Positions 48,013-56,911 of a DNA stretch of 64,000 nucleotides are shown one piece after another. The DNA is from Bradymonadia bacterium (lineage in GTDB: Bacteria > Myxococcota_A > Bradymonadia > UBA7976 > UBA1532): assembly GCA_046290225.1 (NCBI GenBank), contig JBKAGE010000078.1:256001-320000 (forward strand). Reading direction: 5' to 3'. Numbering within the stretch: position 1 is the stretch's first letter; the number at the start of each line of letters is the position of its first letter. The position numbers and the translations under genes were made by a program. A model generated the notes under the pieces. The model saw nothing but the letters and a program-made list of their open reading frames with translations, was not told the origin of the DNA and did not search any database.

Positions 48013-50370
48013 ATGCGAATCACTGGCGTTCTTCTTCTCCTGCTCGCGCTCGCCCCTACCCCTGAGGCACACGCTGACGGGCTGGACCTCGCGCTCAAGC
48101 TCAAGAAGTACTACGGCCGCGGCAAATACATCGCCCAATCAGGCAAGTACCTCACCAACTACAATGACTGCCGTGCACGTGGTGCCACAGAAGAACAGTG
48201 CAGGGCGCTGGCGACCTTCTGCGCGATCCAGGACGCACCCCTCTTCGGCCGATATGCGGGCTTCTTCAAATCGCTGGGGCTCAATCAAGCCTTCAAGCTC
48301 GATTGTGGCAGCCAGGAGTGCTTTCAGTGCTGTTATGTGCCCGGCGAAGGCTGTCACACCTCGTTCATCGGCTTTCCCGTCATCAACTGCAACGCACGCT
48401 ATGGCGAAGGCACCCGCGCAGCCGGGTTGACGCTGATCACCGATCCTGACGCGATGCCGGGAGAAGCCTGCATCTCGATCCCTCAGACCTGCGAGCACAT
48501 CGCAGTGTGCGCCGGCCCGGAAAACTTCGAGACCATTCGAGAGGCCGTAGACGCGGGCGAGGACCACCCAGTCAATGCCCCCAATGCGGCAGAAAATCGC
48601 GGGAAGTTCTTCGCGAGTCAGGTGTATCAGAAGTGGTGTGAGGCGCTTGATCTGTTCGACACCGTTGTCCCCCGTGATCCAACGGTGCCGGGGTTCGACA
48701 CGGTGGTGGACCTGCAGGACTTCGTCACTGGGCGCGGCTGTGTGGGCTGGCGCTCCAGAGTAGGTGACGCCTTCCCCTTCGACTGGTCCGAAGAGTACTT
48801 CGCGATTATGGACGAAGAGGGTGCACTGGTCCCTGCGGCCTCTCACCGAAATGGCCTGTGTCAGTTGGGCGCGTTGCGCATCTTGGAGAGCGTGCCTGCC
48901 CTGGCCGAGCGATTGAGCTTCATCGACTCCACGGTCTGGCCTGACCCGCTCCGAGACGCCTATCTTGCACAGCTGGCCGATCCCGATGCCGCGTTCTCCG
49001 AACACGCCGATCCCATCGTCCGTGACATCCTCGCGTGTAACACGGGGGTCTACGACTACCGCATGCTGGCGGTGCCACTGGCGGACGAGCCCGAGCCAGG
49101 GCGGGTCTTCAACGGCTGCGAGTTGGGAGAAGCACCTCGCATCGATCTGAGCGCAGAGCCGATGGCACCGCGGGCAGTTCAACTCACAGTCGAGATCGAT
49201 GATCCCGAGGTGGGCACCCCTGATGCGGCCCCTGTCCAGCTGACCGTCTTCTGGGGAGATGGCCGAGTTGACCAACTCGAGGCACCCTCTGGCCAGAGGT
49301 CCATCGACACCACCCACACCTATGCCGACCCCGGCCGCTACACGGTCTTTACGCTGGCAGAGAACACTTCGGGCCTCCGTGGCTTTGCTGGGCTGGTGAT
49401 CGAGAGCGGCCCGGGTGAGCCTGGAGAAGCTGAAGGTCCGGTCATCGTCTCCGAAGTGCGTTTGGTGGATGCAATCGCCCGCGCCAACACACTGTCCGGC
49501 AACGCCAGGCGGATGTTCTTTCAAGTCGATGGGCACGACGCAGACACAGGTGAGCATCATCGAATCGGCCTGAGCCCGGACCGTGAGATCGCGTTCAACA
49601 CCGACACCGCAATGGGGACTGTGGTGGGCCACAACACTGGGGCGGCCGCCTTGGACTTCATCACGCTGCGTCCGCAGTGGCGCGACGGCTTCTACACAGG
49701 GTTCCGCAAGGCCTTCATGCACATTGCAGGTCTGGAGATGCACATTTTCGATACAACGACTGGAGACTCGCGCGTCGTCGAGCTGCCGCTCACGCCGGAC
49801 ACTGTACGGGTCTTCGTGCATGACCGGGAGGAGCCGCTCACACCAGAAGAGCTCGTCGTTGACGAAATGGGTCGGCTGGAGCTCTTTCTGCACGATCGCG
49901 ATCGCTTGACCGAGCGCATCGAAATCGACCTGCCTCAAGATCTGCTGATCGCCGGCGCACCGGGCCCGGTTGATGGCCCAGAGGGTGATGGGCAGTGGTA
50001 CGAAGAGCGTCCTGGCCACTTCCTCCCGGTCCTACCCCCCATGGAGATGGGCGATCCGGACATGGGCCTTGAGGGCATGGAAGACGCTGCCATGAGCGAT
50101 GCGGCTGTGAGCGACTCAGGTGTGGGTGCCGCAGATATGGGAGAAGCCGATATGCGCGACGCAGGCATGGAGGTTTTGGACATGCACGTCGCAGCGGACC
50201 AGGGCGATGGCGAGCCCGATGGGCAGCAGCCCGAGGCGGGCATCGGCGGCTCGACGGGCGAGGCGGATGGTGGTGGTGGCAGTTGCAGCACCACATCAGG
50301 CCGGCCCGGCTCCATGATCTGGCTCTTGTTGCTGGCTGCTTCGGTCAGCTGGCGTAGACGCTTCTGTTAA
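48013..50370 (+). CDS. Secreted surface protein: Cys-rich N-domain, PKD domain, MYXO-CTERM-like anchor
   Basis: Signal peptide; WGDG...HTYADPGRYTV PKD motif; C-terminus GGGGSCSTT...WLLLLAASVSWRRR. Confidence 0.8.
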   Translation: MRITGVLLLLLALAPTPEAHADGLDLALKLKKYYGRGKYIAQSGKYLTNYNDCRARGATEEQCRALATFCAIQDAPLFGRYAGFFKSLGLNQAFKLDCGSQECFQCCYVPGEGCHTSFIGFPVINCNARYGEGTRAAGLTLITDPDAMPGEACISIPQTCEHIAVCAGPENFETIREAVDAGEDHPVNAPNAAENRGKFFASQVYQKWCEALDLFDTVVPRDPTVPGFDTVVDLQDFVTGRGCVGWRSRVGDAFPFDWSEEYFAIMDEEGALVPAASHRNGLCQLGALRILESVPALAERLSFIDSTVWPDPLRDAYLAQLADPDAAFSEHADPIVRDILACNTGVYDYRMLAVPLADEPEPGRVFNGCELGEAPRIDLSAEPMAPRAVQLTVEIDDPEVGTPDAAPVQLTVFWGDGRVDQLEAPSGQRSIDTTHTYADPGRYTVFTLAENTSGLRGFAGLVIESGPGEPGEAEGPVIVSEVRLVDAIARANTLSGNARRMFFQVDGHDADTGEHHRIGLSPDREIAFNTDTAMGTVVGHNTGAAALDFITLRPQWRDGFYTGFRKAFMHIAGLEMHIFDTTTGDSRVVELPLTPDTVRVFVHDREEPLTPEELVVDEMGRLELFLHDRDRLTERIEIDLPQDLLIAGAPGPVDGPEGDGQWYEERPGHFLPVLPPMEMGDPDMGLEGMEDAAMSDAAVSDSGVGAADMGEADMRDAGMEVLDMHVAADQGDGEPDGQQPEAGIGGSTGEADGGGGSCSTTSGRPGSMIWLLLLAASVSWRRRFC

Positions 50371-50401
50371 ACCACACCGCTCATGGTCATGACCCAACCT
50401 C

Positions 50402-51676
50402 TCACACCTGCGCTCGGCGCCTGACATATGTGGCAAAGGCGACAGTGACGCTCAGCCCCAGGGCGGCGAACCCGGCGAGCACCCCGAAGAGGTATTGATG
50501 TCCCAGGGCCCCAGGGTAGGTGTCAGTGCACCAGCCCATCAGCGGCCCCATGAAGATGTCGGGGGTGAAGCCCACCAGCGACACCACACCCGCAGCCGTG
50601 CCGGTCAGTGCCGGCGCGATCCCAGCCTGCTCGAAGATGGCGAAGTAGAGCCCACGCAGGCCATAGATCGCAGCGCTGGTCACGGCGACGGTCATGAACA
50701 GGGTCCACGGCAAGTCGGGCTGCAACCAGCCCAGGGCGACGGACAAATCCCCGACGAGCATCACCGCGAAGGCTGTGAGAATGGCTGGGACAGCCCCGAC
50801 GCGATCACCCAGCCAACCTGCCCCCACGGCGGCGATGGGACGCACCCAGAAGGCCACTGTGCCCACCTCGGCAGCACGTACCTGATCGAAGCCGAAGACA
50901 TCCTGAGCATATAAACCCAGATCGTCGATGGCCTTGTAGCCCGTGTAGGCGGTCACCACGATCAGGCCCTGAAGCCAGACCGCAGGGTTGCGTACCACGA
51001 GCCCGACGTGACTCCACGAAAACCTGCCTTCGTCACGATCGCTGACCTCAGCATCAGGTACGAACACCCAGACCAGAGTCGCCGCCAGCGCGGCAGCCCC
51101 GATGAAGATCCAGATGATGGCTGTCAGAGCACTGGCCTTCTCGGCGGCGCTGGCGGTCTCGTGTGTCCCTGGCAGCAGGCTGGCGAAGGCAGCCACCGAG
51201 GCAGAAGCCAGTACCGCTGCCAGCAGCCCACGCCCGCCATCCAAGATGCCGAAGGCCCGACCCTGTCCGCCGTCCCCTCCCCACTCCCGGGTGGCCCGAA
51301 TCAACGCGGCCCAGAACAGCAGGATCGTGGTGCACCCCCAGATGCCATACAGCACTGTGAGTCCAGCCAGACTCGGCACCTGCACGAAGTACAACCCCCC
51401 GGCAGCGGTGGCCAGCAACGCGGCGGTCATCAGCTTGCGGGCCGAGAAGCGATCTGCCAGTGGTCCGCCCGGTACGTAGGCGATCATCGCCACGATGCCG
51501 TAGAGCGAGAAGGCGGTCCCGAGCTCGAGGTTGGTGATGCCGAACACATCCAGCAACGTGGGCCGGAAGATGCGCGCAATGATAAAAGGCAGACCGAAGA
51601 TGGCCTCCCCTGCGATGATCAAAGCGGCCATCTGGAGCGCGCGACGGGCGCCAGCGGACGATGTGTGTGTGGTCAA
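50402..51676 (-). CDS. MFS transporter
   Basis: About 12 hydrophobic segments; GGPLADRFSARK and GWLGDRVG motif A copies. Confidence 0.9.
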   Translation of the reverse strand: MTTHTSSAGARRALQMAALIIAGEAIFGLPFIIARIFRPTLLDVFGITNLELGTAFSLYGIVAMIAYVPGGPLADRFSARKLMTAALLATAAGGLYFVQVPSLAGLTVLYGIWGCTTILLFWAALIRATREWGGDGGQGRAFGILDGGRGLLAAVLASASVAAFASLLPGTHETASAAEKASALTAIIWIFIGAAALAATLVWVFVPDAEVSDRDEGRFSWSHVGLVVRNPAVWLQGLIVVTAYTGYKAIDDLGLYAQDVFGFDQVRAAEVGTVAFWVRPIAAVGAGWLGDRVGAVPAILTAFAVMLVGDLSVALGWLQPDLPWTLFMTVAVTSAAIYGLRGLYFAIFEQAGIAPALTGTAAGVVSLVGFTPDIFMGPLMGWCTDTYPGALGHQYLFGVLAGFAALGLSVTVAFATYVRRRAQV

Positions 51677-51711
51677 TGGATCACCGTTGGTGTGTTGGCA
51701 TAGCCTTGGAA

Positions 51712-52335
51712 TTAATGCTTTTCATAGAGGCCACCTACACAGCTCTTCCCACTGCTGGACTGGTGGTGTTTCTTGTAGAGCCCTCCGCAGCAGACCTCAC
51801 CTGTCGGGGACTCATAGTAGGCATCGTATAGCCCACCACAGGCGACCTTGCCGGTATTGGACACGTGGTACGACTTGAACAACCCCCCTGCACACACATT
51901 GCCGGTACTCGACACGTGATACGAGTCGTACTGGCCTCCACACGCCACCTGACCAGTACTTGATACGTGATACGACTTGAACAAGCCCCCTGCGCAGACC
52001 TCTCCCATGCTCGACACGTGGTACCCGTCATATTGACCACCACAGGCGACCTTGCCGGTACTGGACACATGGTAGGACGTGTAGAGCCCCCCTGCGCAGA
52101 CCTCTCCCGTACTCGACACATGATATGAGTCGTAGAGACCGCCGCAGCATACGAGGCCCTCTGAGGTCACGTGGTACGAGGTGAACTTTTTCCCGCAGAT
52201 GGGGATGCCCATGACCACCTGGTATGAGTCTTCGCTGGCCTGAGCCTCAGGCGGAGCAGAGCCATCAGTCCCAATGAAAAGTACAGCGGCCCCCAACAAC
52301 GCCGACACACACCCGAGCACTTTTGCGTTCGCCAT
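51712..52335 (-). CDS. Secreted protein made of 17-aa Cys/His-containing tandem repeats
   Basis: Start ATG 52335 gives a signal peptide (MANAKVLGCVSALLGAAVLF); about 9 repeats GGLYxSYHVSSTGxV(CA/AC). Confidence 0.8.
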   Translation of the reverse strand: MANAKVLGCVSALLGAAVLFIGTDGSAPPEAQASEDSYQVVMGIPICGKKFTSYHVTSEGLVCCGGLYDSYHVSSTGEVCAGGLYTSYHVSSTGKVACGGQYDGYHVSSMGEVCAGGLFKSYHVSSTGQVACGGQYDSYHVSSTGNVCAGGLFKSYHVSNTGKVACGGLYDAYYESPTGEVCCGGLYKKHHQSSSGKSCVGGLYEKH

Positions 52336-52363
52336 TCGACTCAGACCTTTCAACACAACACCA

Positions 52364-52897
52364 TCATTCATCAGGGTCAAAGACCTCTGAGGGCTGCAGG
52401 CCCCTGATGAAGGCCTCGAAAGACTCGGCCACGAAGGTGACCTTGAAGTTGAAGTCCTGATCCACGTGTACGACCTGGGGCTCGCCATCAGGACCACACT
52501 CACGATAGTCGAGGGCCAGCATGTCGTGCCCTGCAGATGGGCAGCTCGCGAAGTAGATCCCCAATGGGGGGTAATTCCACTCTTCGATCCAGAAGTGGCT
52601 GCCTGATGAACCTCCCAGCGAGTACATCTCCGTATCCCCGATGGCGAAGATGCCCTCGATGGCGATGTGGTCCTGCGCCCATGATGTCCGGCTCCCAGTC
52701 GCATGACGCCTGCGCTTCGGCATGCCCCCATTCTGACTTCGAGCGAGGGCGACGTATGCAGCAGGCAGACGGTAGCCCAAGAGGCGTTCCAATCTCTGTA
52801 CGGTCTCTTCAGTGGGCGCCGCTTCAGTGTAGTCAGATCGCGTCCAGTCTTCTGGGCTCCAGAAGTCAGCCAGCTCAAAGCCCTCGAATGTCGTCAT
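52364..52897 (-). CDS. SMI1/KNR4 (SUKH) family protein
   Basis: LERLLGYRLPAAYV...NGG...PSAGHDMLALDYRECGPDGEPQVVHVDQD...VAESFEAFIRGL. Confidence 0.9.
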   Translation of the reverse strand: MTTFEGFELADFWSPEDWTRSDYTEAAPTEETVQRLERLLGYRLPAAYVALARSQNGGMPKRRRHATGSRTSWAQDHIAIEGIFAIGDTEMYSLGGSSGSHFWIEEWNYPPLGIYFASCPSAGHDMLALDYRECGPDGEPQVVHVDQDFNFKVTFVAESFEAFIRGLQPSEVFDPDE

Positions 52898-52989
52898 CCT
52901 TCACCTCATCGCCATGAAAAACTCATTGTGCGTCCATGTTGTATGCCGCCACCTCCAAACTCAACGTCAGCTGAAAAAGCGCCCCCACA

Positions 52990-53017
52990 TTTGCACAATT
53001 GCGCAAACATGCATAAT
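52990..53017 (+). promoter_or_regulatory. Palindromic operator and promoter of the ArsR-metallothionein operon
   Basis: TTTGCACAATTGCGCAAA (52990-53007), 8 of 9 pairs complementary; CATAAT at 53012-53017, 8 nt before the GTG start. Confidence 0.65.
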
Positions 53018-53025
53018 CTACCTCG

Positions 53026-53328
53026 GTGAACAACGAAGCCCTACGAGAACTGGCCGATCTCTTGAAGGCATTGGGTGAGGTCAACAGACTCTCGCTGGTG
53101 TGCAGGCTCTGCGAATGCAGATCGCCCCAAAACGCGATGTGTTTGTGTGACTGCTGCAATGTCGATGCCTCGGGTGTCTCCCGACACCTCAAGGTCCTTA
53201 CTCAGGAGGGCATCCTGAGTGTGGAGAAGCGTGGTCGAGAGAGAAACTACTCACTGAACCGGGCCTATGTGGCTCAACAATTACGCGTGCTCGCGGACAA
53301 GATCGAGCATGATACGGAGGCATCATGA
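53026..53328 (+). CDS. ArsR/SmtB family metalloregulator, unusually Cys-rich
   Basis: LKALGEVNRL..., SGVSRHLKVL, VEKRGRERNYSL winged HTH; CRLCEC and MCLCDCC (7 Cys). Confidence 0.9.
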   Translation: MNNEALRELADLLKALGEVNRLSLVCRLCECRSPQNAMCLCDCCNVDASGVSRHLKVLTQEGILSVEKRGRERNYSLNRAYVAQQLRVLADKIEHDTEAS

Positions 53329-53420
53329 GCAACGAAAAGTGTAAGTGTGATTGCAAAAAGGCCGACTGCTGCGTCAAGAAGACCTGTGCCTGCTGCAAAG
53401 AAAAGTGCTGTTGTCGCTGA
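53325..53420 (+). CDS. Metallothionein-like peptide, 31 aa, 11 Cys (not in ORF track)
   Basis: MSNEKCKCDCKKADCCVKKTCACCKEKCCCR*; GGAGG RBS at 53316-53320; ATGA overlap with the ArsR stop. Confidence 0.85.
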   Translation: MSNEKCKCDCKKADCCVKKTCACCKEKCCCR

Positions 53421-53510
53421 CAGAGAACCCTGTCCACACATCTCCCCTCACTGTCCCGATCCCTTTCGAAGACGTGCGGGCCCGGCTCAGCTACGAACCC
53501 TACCCTGTAC

Positions 53511-54449
53511 TCAGCTGCCCATCCGCGAGAAGAACTGCTCCATGACGGGCTTGGGCTGACGATCCACAGTGAACAGCCCCCAGTGCTTCTCGGGCTCGTT
53601 CGGATCAGGTGAGCCCTTCCACGGCTCGTCGAAGGCCTCGAAGACATAGATGCGCATGCCGCGGGCCTCACCCCATGCGGTGAGCTCGTCGTAGTACCGC
53701 CGTTGATGATCCACGTTGGCGTTGTGGGGCTCGATGCCCCGGCCATTGCTCCGAGTGGCCCAGCCCGCCTCGGTGATGGCGATCTCCACCCCAGGGTGAC
53801 GCTGCTCGATGCGGGTGATGTCATTGATGGTGACTTCCAGCGCCTCGTCGATGCTCTTGTACTCCCAGACTGGGTAGGTGTGCACCGAGATGAAGTCGAG
53901 CTCCGGCACCAGGGCATCGAGCTTGCCCATCCAGGGCACGTGGTTCTCACAGAAGGTCACCGGCAAGCCCGTGTCGGCCTTTGCTCGCCGCACCAGCTCG
54001 ATCATCCGCTCTACAGGTACGAGATGGCCCGTCCAGTCCACGGTGGCTTCGTTGCCCACAGCGATCGAAGTGATGATGTTCGGGTATCGTTGCACGAACT
54101 CTGCGAGCCGGCCGACCTCGGCGTCGTTGTTGCCGACGTTCACAGTGAGCTGGTCGTCGGTGTACCAGGCTCCCCATGGGCACCCCGGGTTGTTGATCTC
54201 CGCGCTGAGCCAGGCGCCGAGCAATACCTTCAGGTCGAGGCCGAGGCGCTGGATGGCAGAGAGGACGAGCTCTGCGTGAGGGCCAGTGTCGTACAGCCGT
54301 ATGTAGCGCCACCGTCGGGCGAGGATGTGCAAATCCTCTTCGATCTGCTCTGGCGACGGGAAGATGCCTGCGTCGGGGCTCTGGCCATCACGATAGCCGG
54401 AGTAACAGATGCCCTGATGGACAAGACGTTCGGGCAACTCAGCGTTCAA
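53511..54449 (-). CDS. Glycoside hydrolase family 17-like (beta-1,3-glucanase/transglycosylase)
   Basis: ICYSGYRDGQSP, IRLY, AVGNEA acid/base, ITEAGW nucleophile, FEAFDEPWK...WGLF. Confidence 0.88.
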   Translation of the reverse strand: MNAELPERLVHQGICYSGYRDGQSPDAGIFPSPEQIEEDLHILARRWRYIRLYDTGPHAELVLSAIQRLGLDLKVLLGAWLSAEINNPGCPWGAWYTDDQLTVNVGNNDAEVGRLAEFVQRYPNIITSIAVGNEATVDWTGHLVPVERMIELVRRAKADTGLPVTFCENHVPWMGKLDALVPELDFISVHTYPVWEYKSIDEALEVTINDITRIEQRHPGVEIAITEAGWATRSNGRGIEPHNANVDHQRRYYDELTAWGEARGMRIYVFEAFDEPWKGSPDPNEPEKHWGLFTVDRQPKPVMEQFFSRMGS

Positions 54450-55356
54450 GTTTCAACCCTCCATCGGCATCCCACAAACCCCAAAACGCACCACAGTCCC
54501 CTTCGGGGCCCACTTTCCAGGCCTCGTCATAGGCCGAGAACCAGAACAACGGCAGCTCCTCGTCATCAGTCCACGCCAGGATGTTGAGCAGATACAACGC
54601 CATGTTGCGCAGCGAGGGCTCAGCGGGGCCATTGGCTTCGCCGGCGGTGGGCCACCCGGTCTCGGCGATGACGACGGGCTTGTCCCCCACTGCAGCTTGT
54701 ACGCGACGCACCATCTCCTGGGCGTAATTGACGGATCGCTCCAGGGGGACCTCCTCCCAGAACGGGTAGCAATTCACAGGGATGAAGTCGCAGGCTGCGG
54801 CGATGGCAGGGTGCGCCACGAAGACAAAGTAGGCATCGACATAGCCCACGGGTACCCCAGGTACGGCAGCGCGGACCTCCTCGATCATCTCGATGAGTCG
54901 GGCTTCTTCCATCTCGCCCCGGAGAATGACCTCGTTGCCCACGGCGATGAGATCAGCGTGCCCTGCCCGGGCCACCTCGATGACTGCCTCGATCTCCTTG
55001 CGGTTGCGGGCCTCGTCTTCTCCGATCCACGCGCCGACGAGGGTCTTGAGCCCATGCTGATGTGCCAGGCGCGCGCCGTGCTCGTTGCCATCGAGGCAGG
55101 AGAAAGTCCGGATCCACTTGGTGTAAGGCGCGATCCGCTCGAGGCGCCCCTGGACCTGCGCCTCGGACAACTGACTCAAAGCTTCTGGGGTCTGCTGGCC
55201 TTCGTAGGCGCTGAAGCTCACGCCATGCAGCCCGATGTCGAGGGCCTTGCGCAGCCGCCGCAGCAGCTCGTCGGTGGACAACTCGGTGAAGCTCAGCTCT
55301 GCGGAGGCCTTGAAACCTGCCAGCAGGTCCTTGCCCTTGATGTGCAGCTCGCCCAT
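54439..55356 (-). CDS. Glycoside hydrolase family 17-like
   Basis: WIRTFS, AVGNEVILR, NCYPFWE, IAETGWP, AYDEAWK...WGLW. Confidence 0.88.
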   Translation of the reverse strand: MGELHIKGKDLLAGFKASAELSFTELSTDELLRRLRKALDIGLHGVSFSAYEGQQTPEALSQLSEAQVQGRLERIAPYTKWIRTFSCLDGNEHGARLAHQHGLKTLVGAWIGEDEARNRKEIEAVIEVARAGHADLIAVGNEVILRGEMEEARLIEMIEEVRAAVPGVPVGYVDAYFVFVAHPAIAAACDFIPVNCYPFWEEVPLERSVNYAQEMVRRVQAAVGDKPVVIAETGWPTAGEANGPAEPSLRNMALYLLNILAWTDDEELPLFWFSAYDEAWKVGPEGDCGAFWGLWDADGGLKLER

Positions 55357-55383
55357 TGAAACTCCAAAGGTGGCAGATACCGC

Positions 55384-56847
55384 TCAGTCAGTGCCCAGGG
55401 TGAGGGTGAGCAGCGCGGAGGCAGGGCAACGCACCTGTGGCTCGCGCTCACTCCAGGCAATCGAGACGTTGATGGGATGATCGGTTTCGTTGAACAGATG
55501 GACGATCTGAGTGCCGTCGGGGTTGCGCAACGCCACGGCCCAGAGGCCCTCTGGGAGATCCCCCTCGAGCTCGAGCACCACAGCCCCCGGGCGGGTGTGT
55601 CGACTCACCTGCGCGAGGATGTGGAACAACGGGGTGATGTAGATTTCGCCCTCATCGACGAGGATGGGGGCGAGGCAGAAGTTCTCCACGTGGTTGGGCC
55701 CACCGCGGCGGGTCAGAGCGAGGTTCCAATCGATCCAACCTGAGAGCCAATGTGCCAGCCCGCCGACGATGTCTCGCGCGTACCTGAAGGCGGCGGCATA
55801 CGGAGGGTGATCCACTTCGGGACTCGGGGCCCAGTCCCAGCCCCAGTCCGTGGCCACTTTCTGCCAGTACCAGCTGTCGTCCCGCCACCATGGGGTTGCC
55901 GCACCGGGCCCTTTGTCCTCGCCCTTGATGAAGACGTTGTCGATGCACCCCTCGGTCTGAACGATGGGGTGATCGGGCCACGCGGCGTGCACCGCCTCAA
56001 GCTGATCTGCGTACACCCGAAAGGTGGAGTCGTACCAGTGCACGGCGATGCCCGTGGCGTGAGCATGCGCATCTTGATGGTTCAACACACCATCGGCGTA
56101 GGCCTTCACGCCCGCGCGATTCTGATCGTAGATGAGCACATCGAGTTCGAGATCCCGGGCCTCGAGCGCCCTGCCGAGCGCGGCCACGTATTCGGCCTGC
56201 TCGTTGGCGCTCATCTCCATGGATTCCCAGGAGCCGCCGTTGCCGTGGGGCTCGTTCACCGGGGTGAGGCCCCAGATGCTGACGCCCTCTTGCGCCATGG
56301 CCTCGACATATCGAGCGGTGTATCGGGCGAACGTGTCGTAGTGCTCGGGCAGCAGCTTGCCCCCACGTCGCGCTTGGGGATCGAAGTAGCGCCCGTTGTC
56401 CTTCATCCACGGCGGTGCCGTCCAGGGCGAGGCAATCAACCTGAACTGGGCGCCCTTCACTCGGTGAGCATCGAGCAACAGATCGAGGTGACCGTTCTCG
56501 CGATCGACATCGAGAGAGAAGCTCTCCAGCGAGGCATCCGGCTCGGGCACATAGGTGTAGCTGTGGGTGGAGAAGTCACAGCTGGCGATGTGGGTCCGCG
56601 CCATCGAGAAAGCCGCTTCGTCGGATGCGAATGCCATGGCCAGCACCCGGCTGCGGGTTTCTGGAGACAAGGTGGACAGGGACACGGCGGATGCCTGAGT
56701 CAGCGAGCTGCCGATGCCAATGATGGTCTGACGTTCACGATGCGGGTGAACCCTGAGGATGACTTCAGGTGACTCGTGAGGGATGAGATCGCCGATGGGT
56801 ACGACGCGTTGAGCGTCACCTGCGGCGGAGGTCAACGTTGCACGCAT
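55384..56847 (-). CDS. Glycoside hydrolase family 30 (glucosylceramidase-like)
   Basis: RTHIASCDFS, ASPWTAPPWMK, PVNEP, VHWY, QTEGC, GWIDWNL. Confidence 0.9.
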   Translation of the reverse strand: MRATLTSAAGDAQRVVPIGDLIPHESPEVILRVHPHRERQTIIGIGSSLTQASAVSLSTLSPETRSRVLAMAFASDEAAFSMARTHIASCDFSTHSYTYVPEPDASLESFSLDVDRENGHLDLLLDAHRVKGAQFRLIASPWTAPPWMKDNGRYFDPQARRGGKLLPEHYDTFARYTARYVEAMAQEGVSIWGLTPVNEPHGNGGSWESMEMSANEQAEYVAALGRALEARDLELDVLIYDQNRAGVKAYADGVLNHQDAHAHATGIAVHWYDSTFRVYADQLEAVHAAWPDHPIVQTEGCIDNVFIKGEDKGPGAATPWWRDDSWYWQKVATDWGWDWAPSPEVDHPPYAAAFRYARDIVGGLAHWLSGWIDWNLALTRRGGPNHVENFCLAPILVDEGEIYITPLFHILAQVSRHTRPGAVVLELEGDLPEGLWAVALRNPDGTQIVHLFNETDHPINVSIAWSEREPQVRCPASALLTLTLGTD

Positions 56848-56911
56848 TGTGTGAGACTAGCACATTTATGGGGGTGGCCAAGCGGACGATGATGCATGGA
56901 TCTTGGTGTTG

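Noticed and set aside
51720..52200. 51-bp periodic DNA repeats as a possible CRISPR array
   Set aside because: Repeats are contiguous, in frame and vary at synonymous sites; no unique spacers and no cas genes.
52336..52878. N-terminal half of the 388-aa ORF 51712..52878, suggesting a fusion or overlapping gene
   Set aside because: It is an alternate frame of the SMI1/KNR4 gene; the signal peptide begins at ATG 52335.
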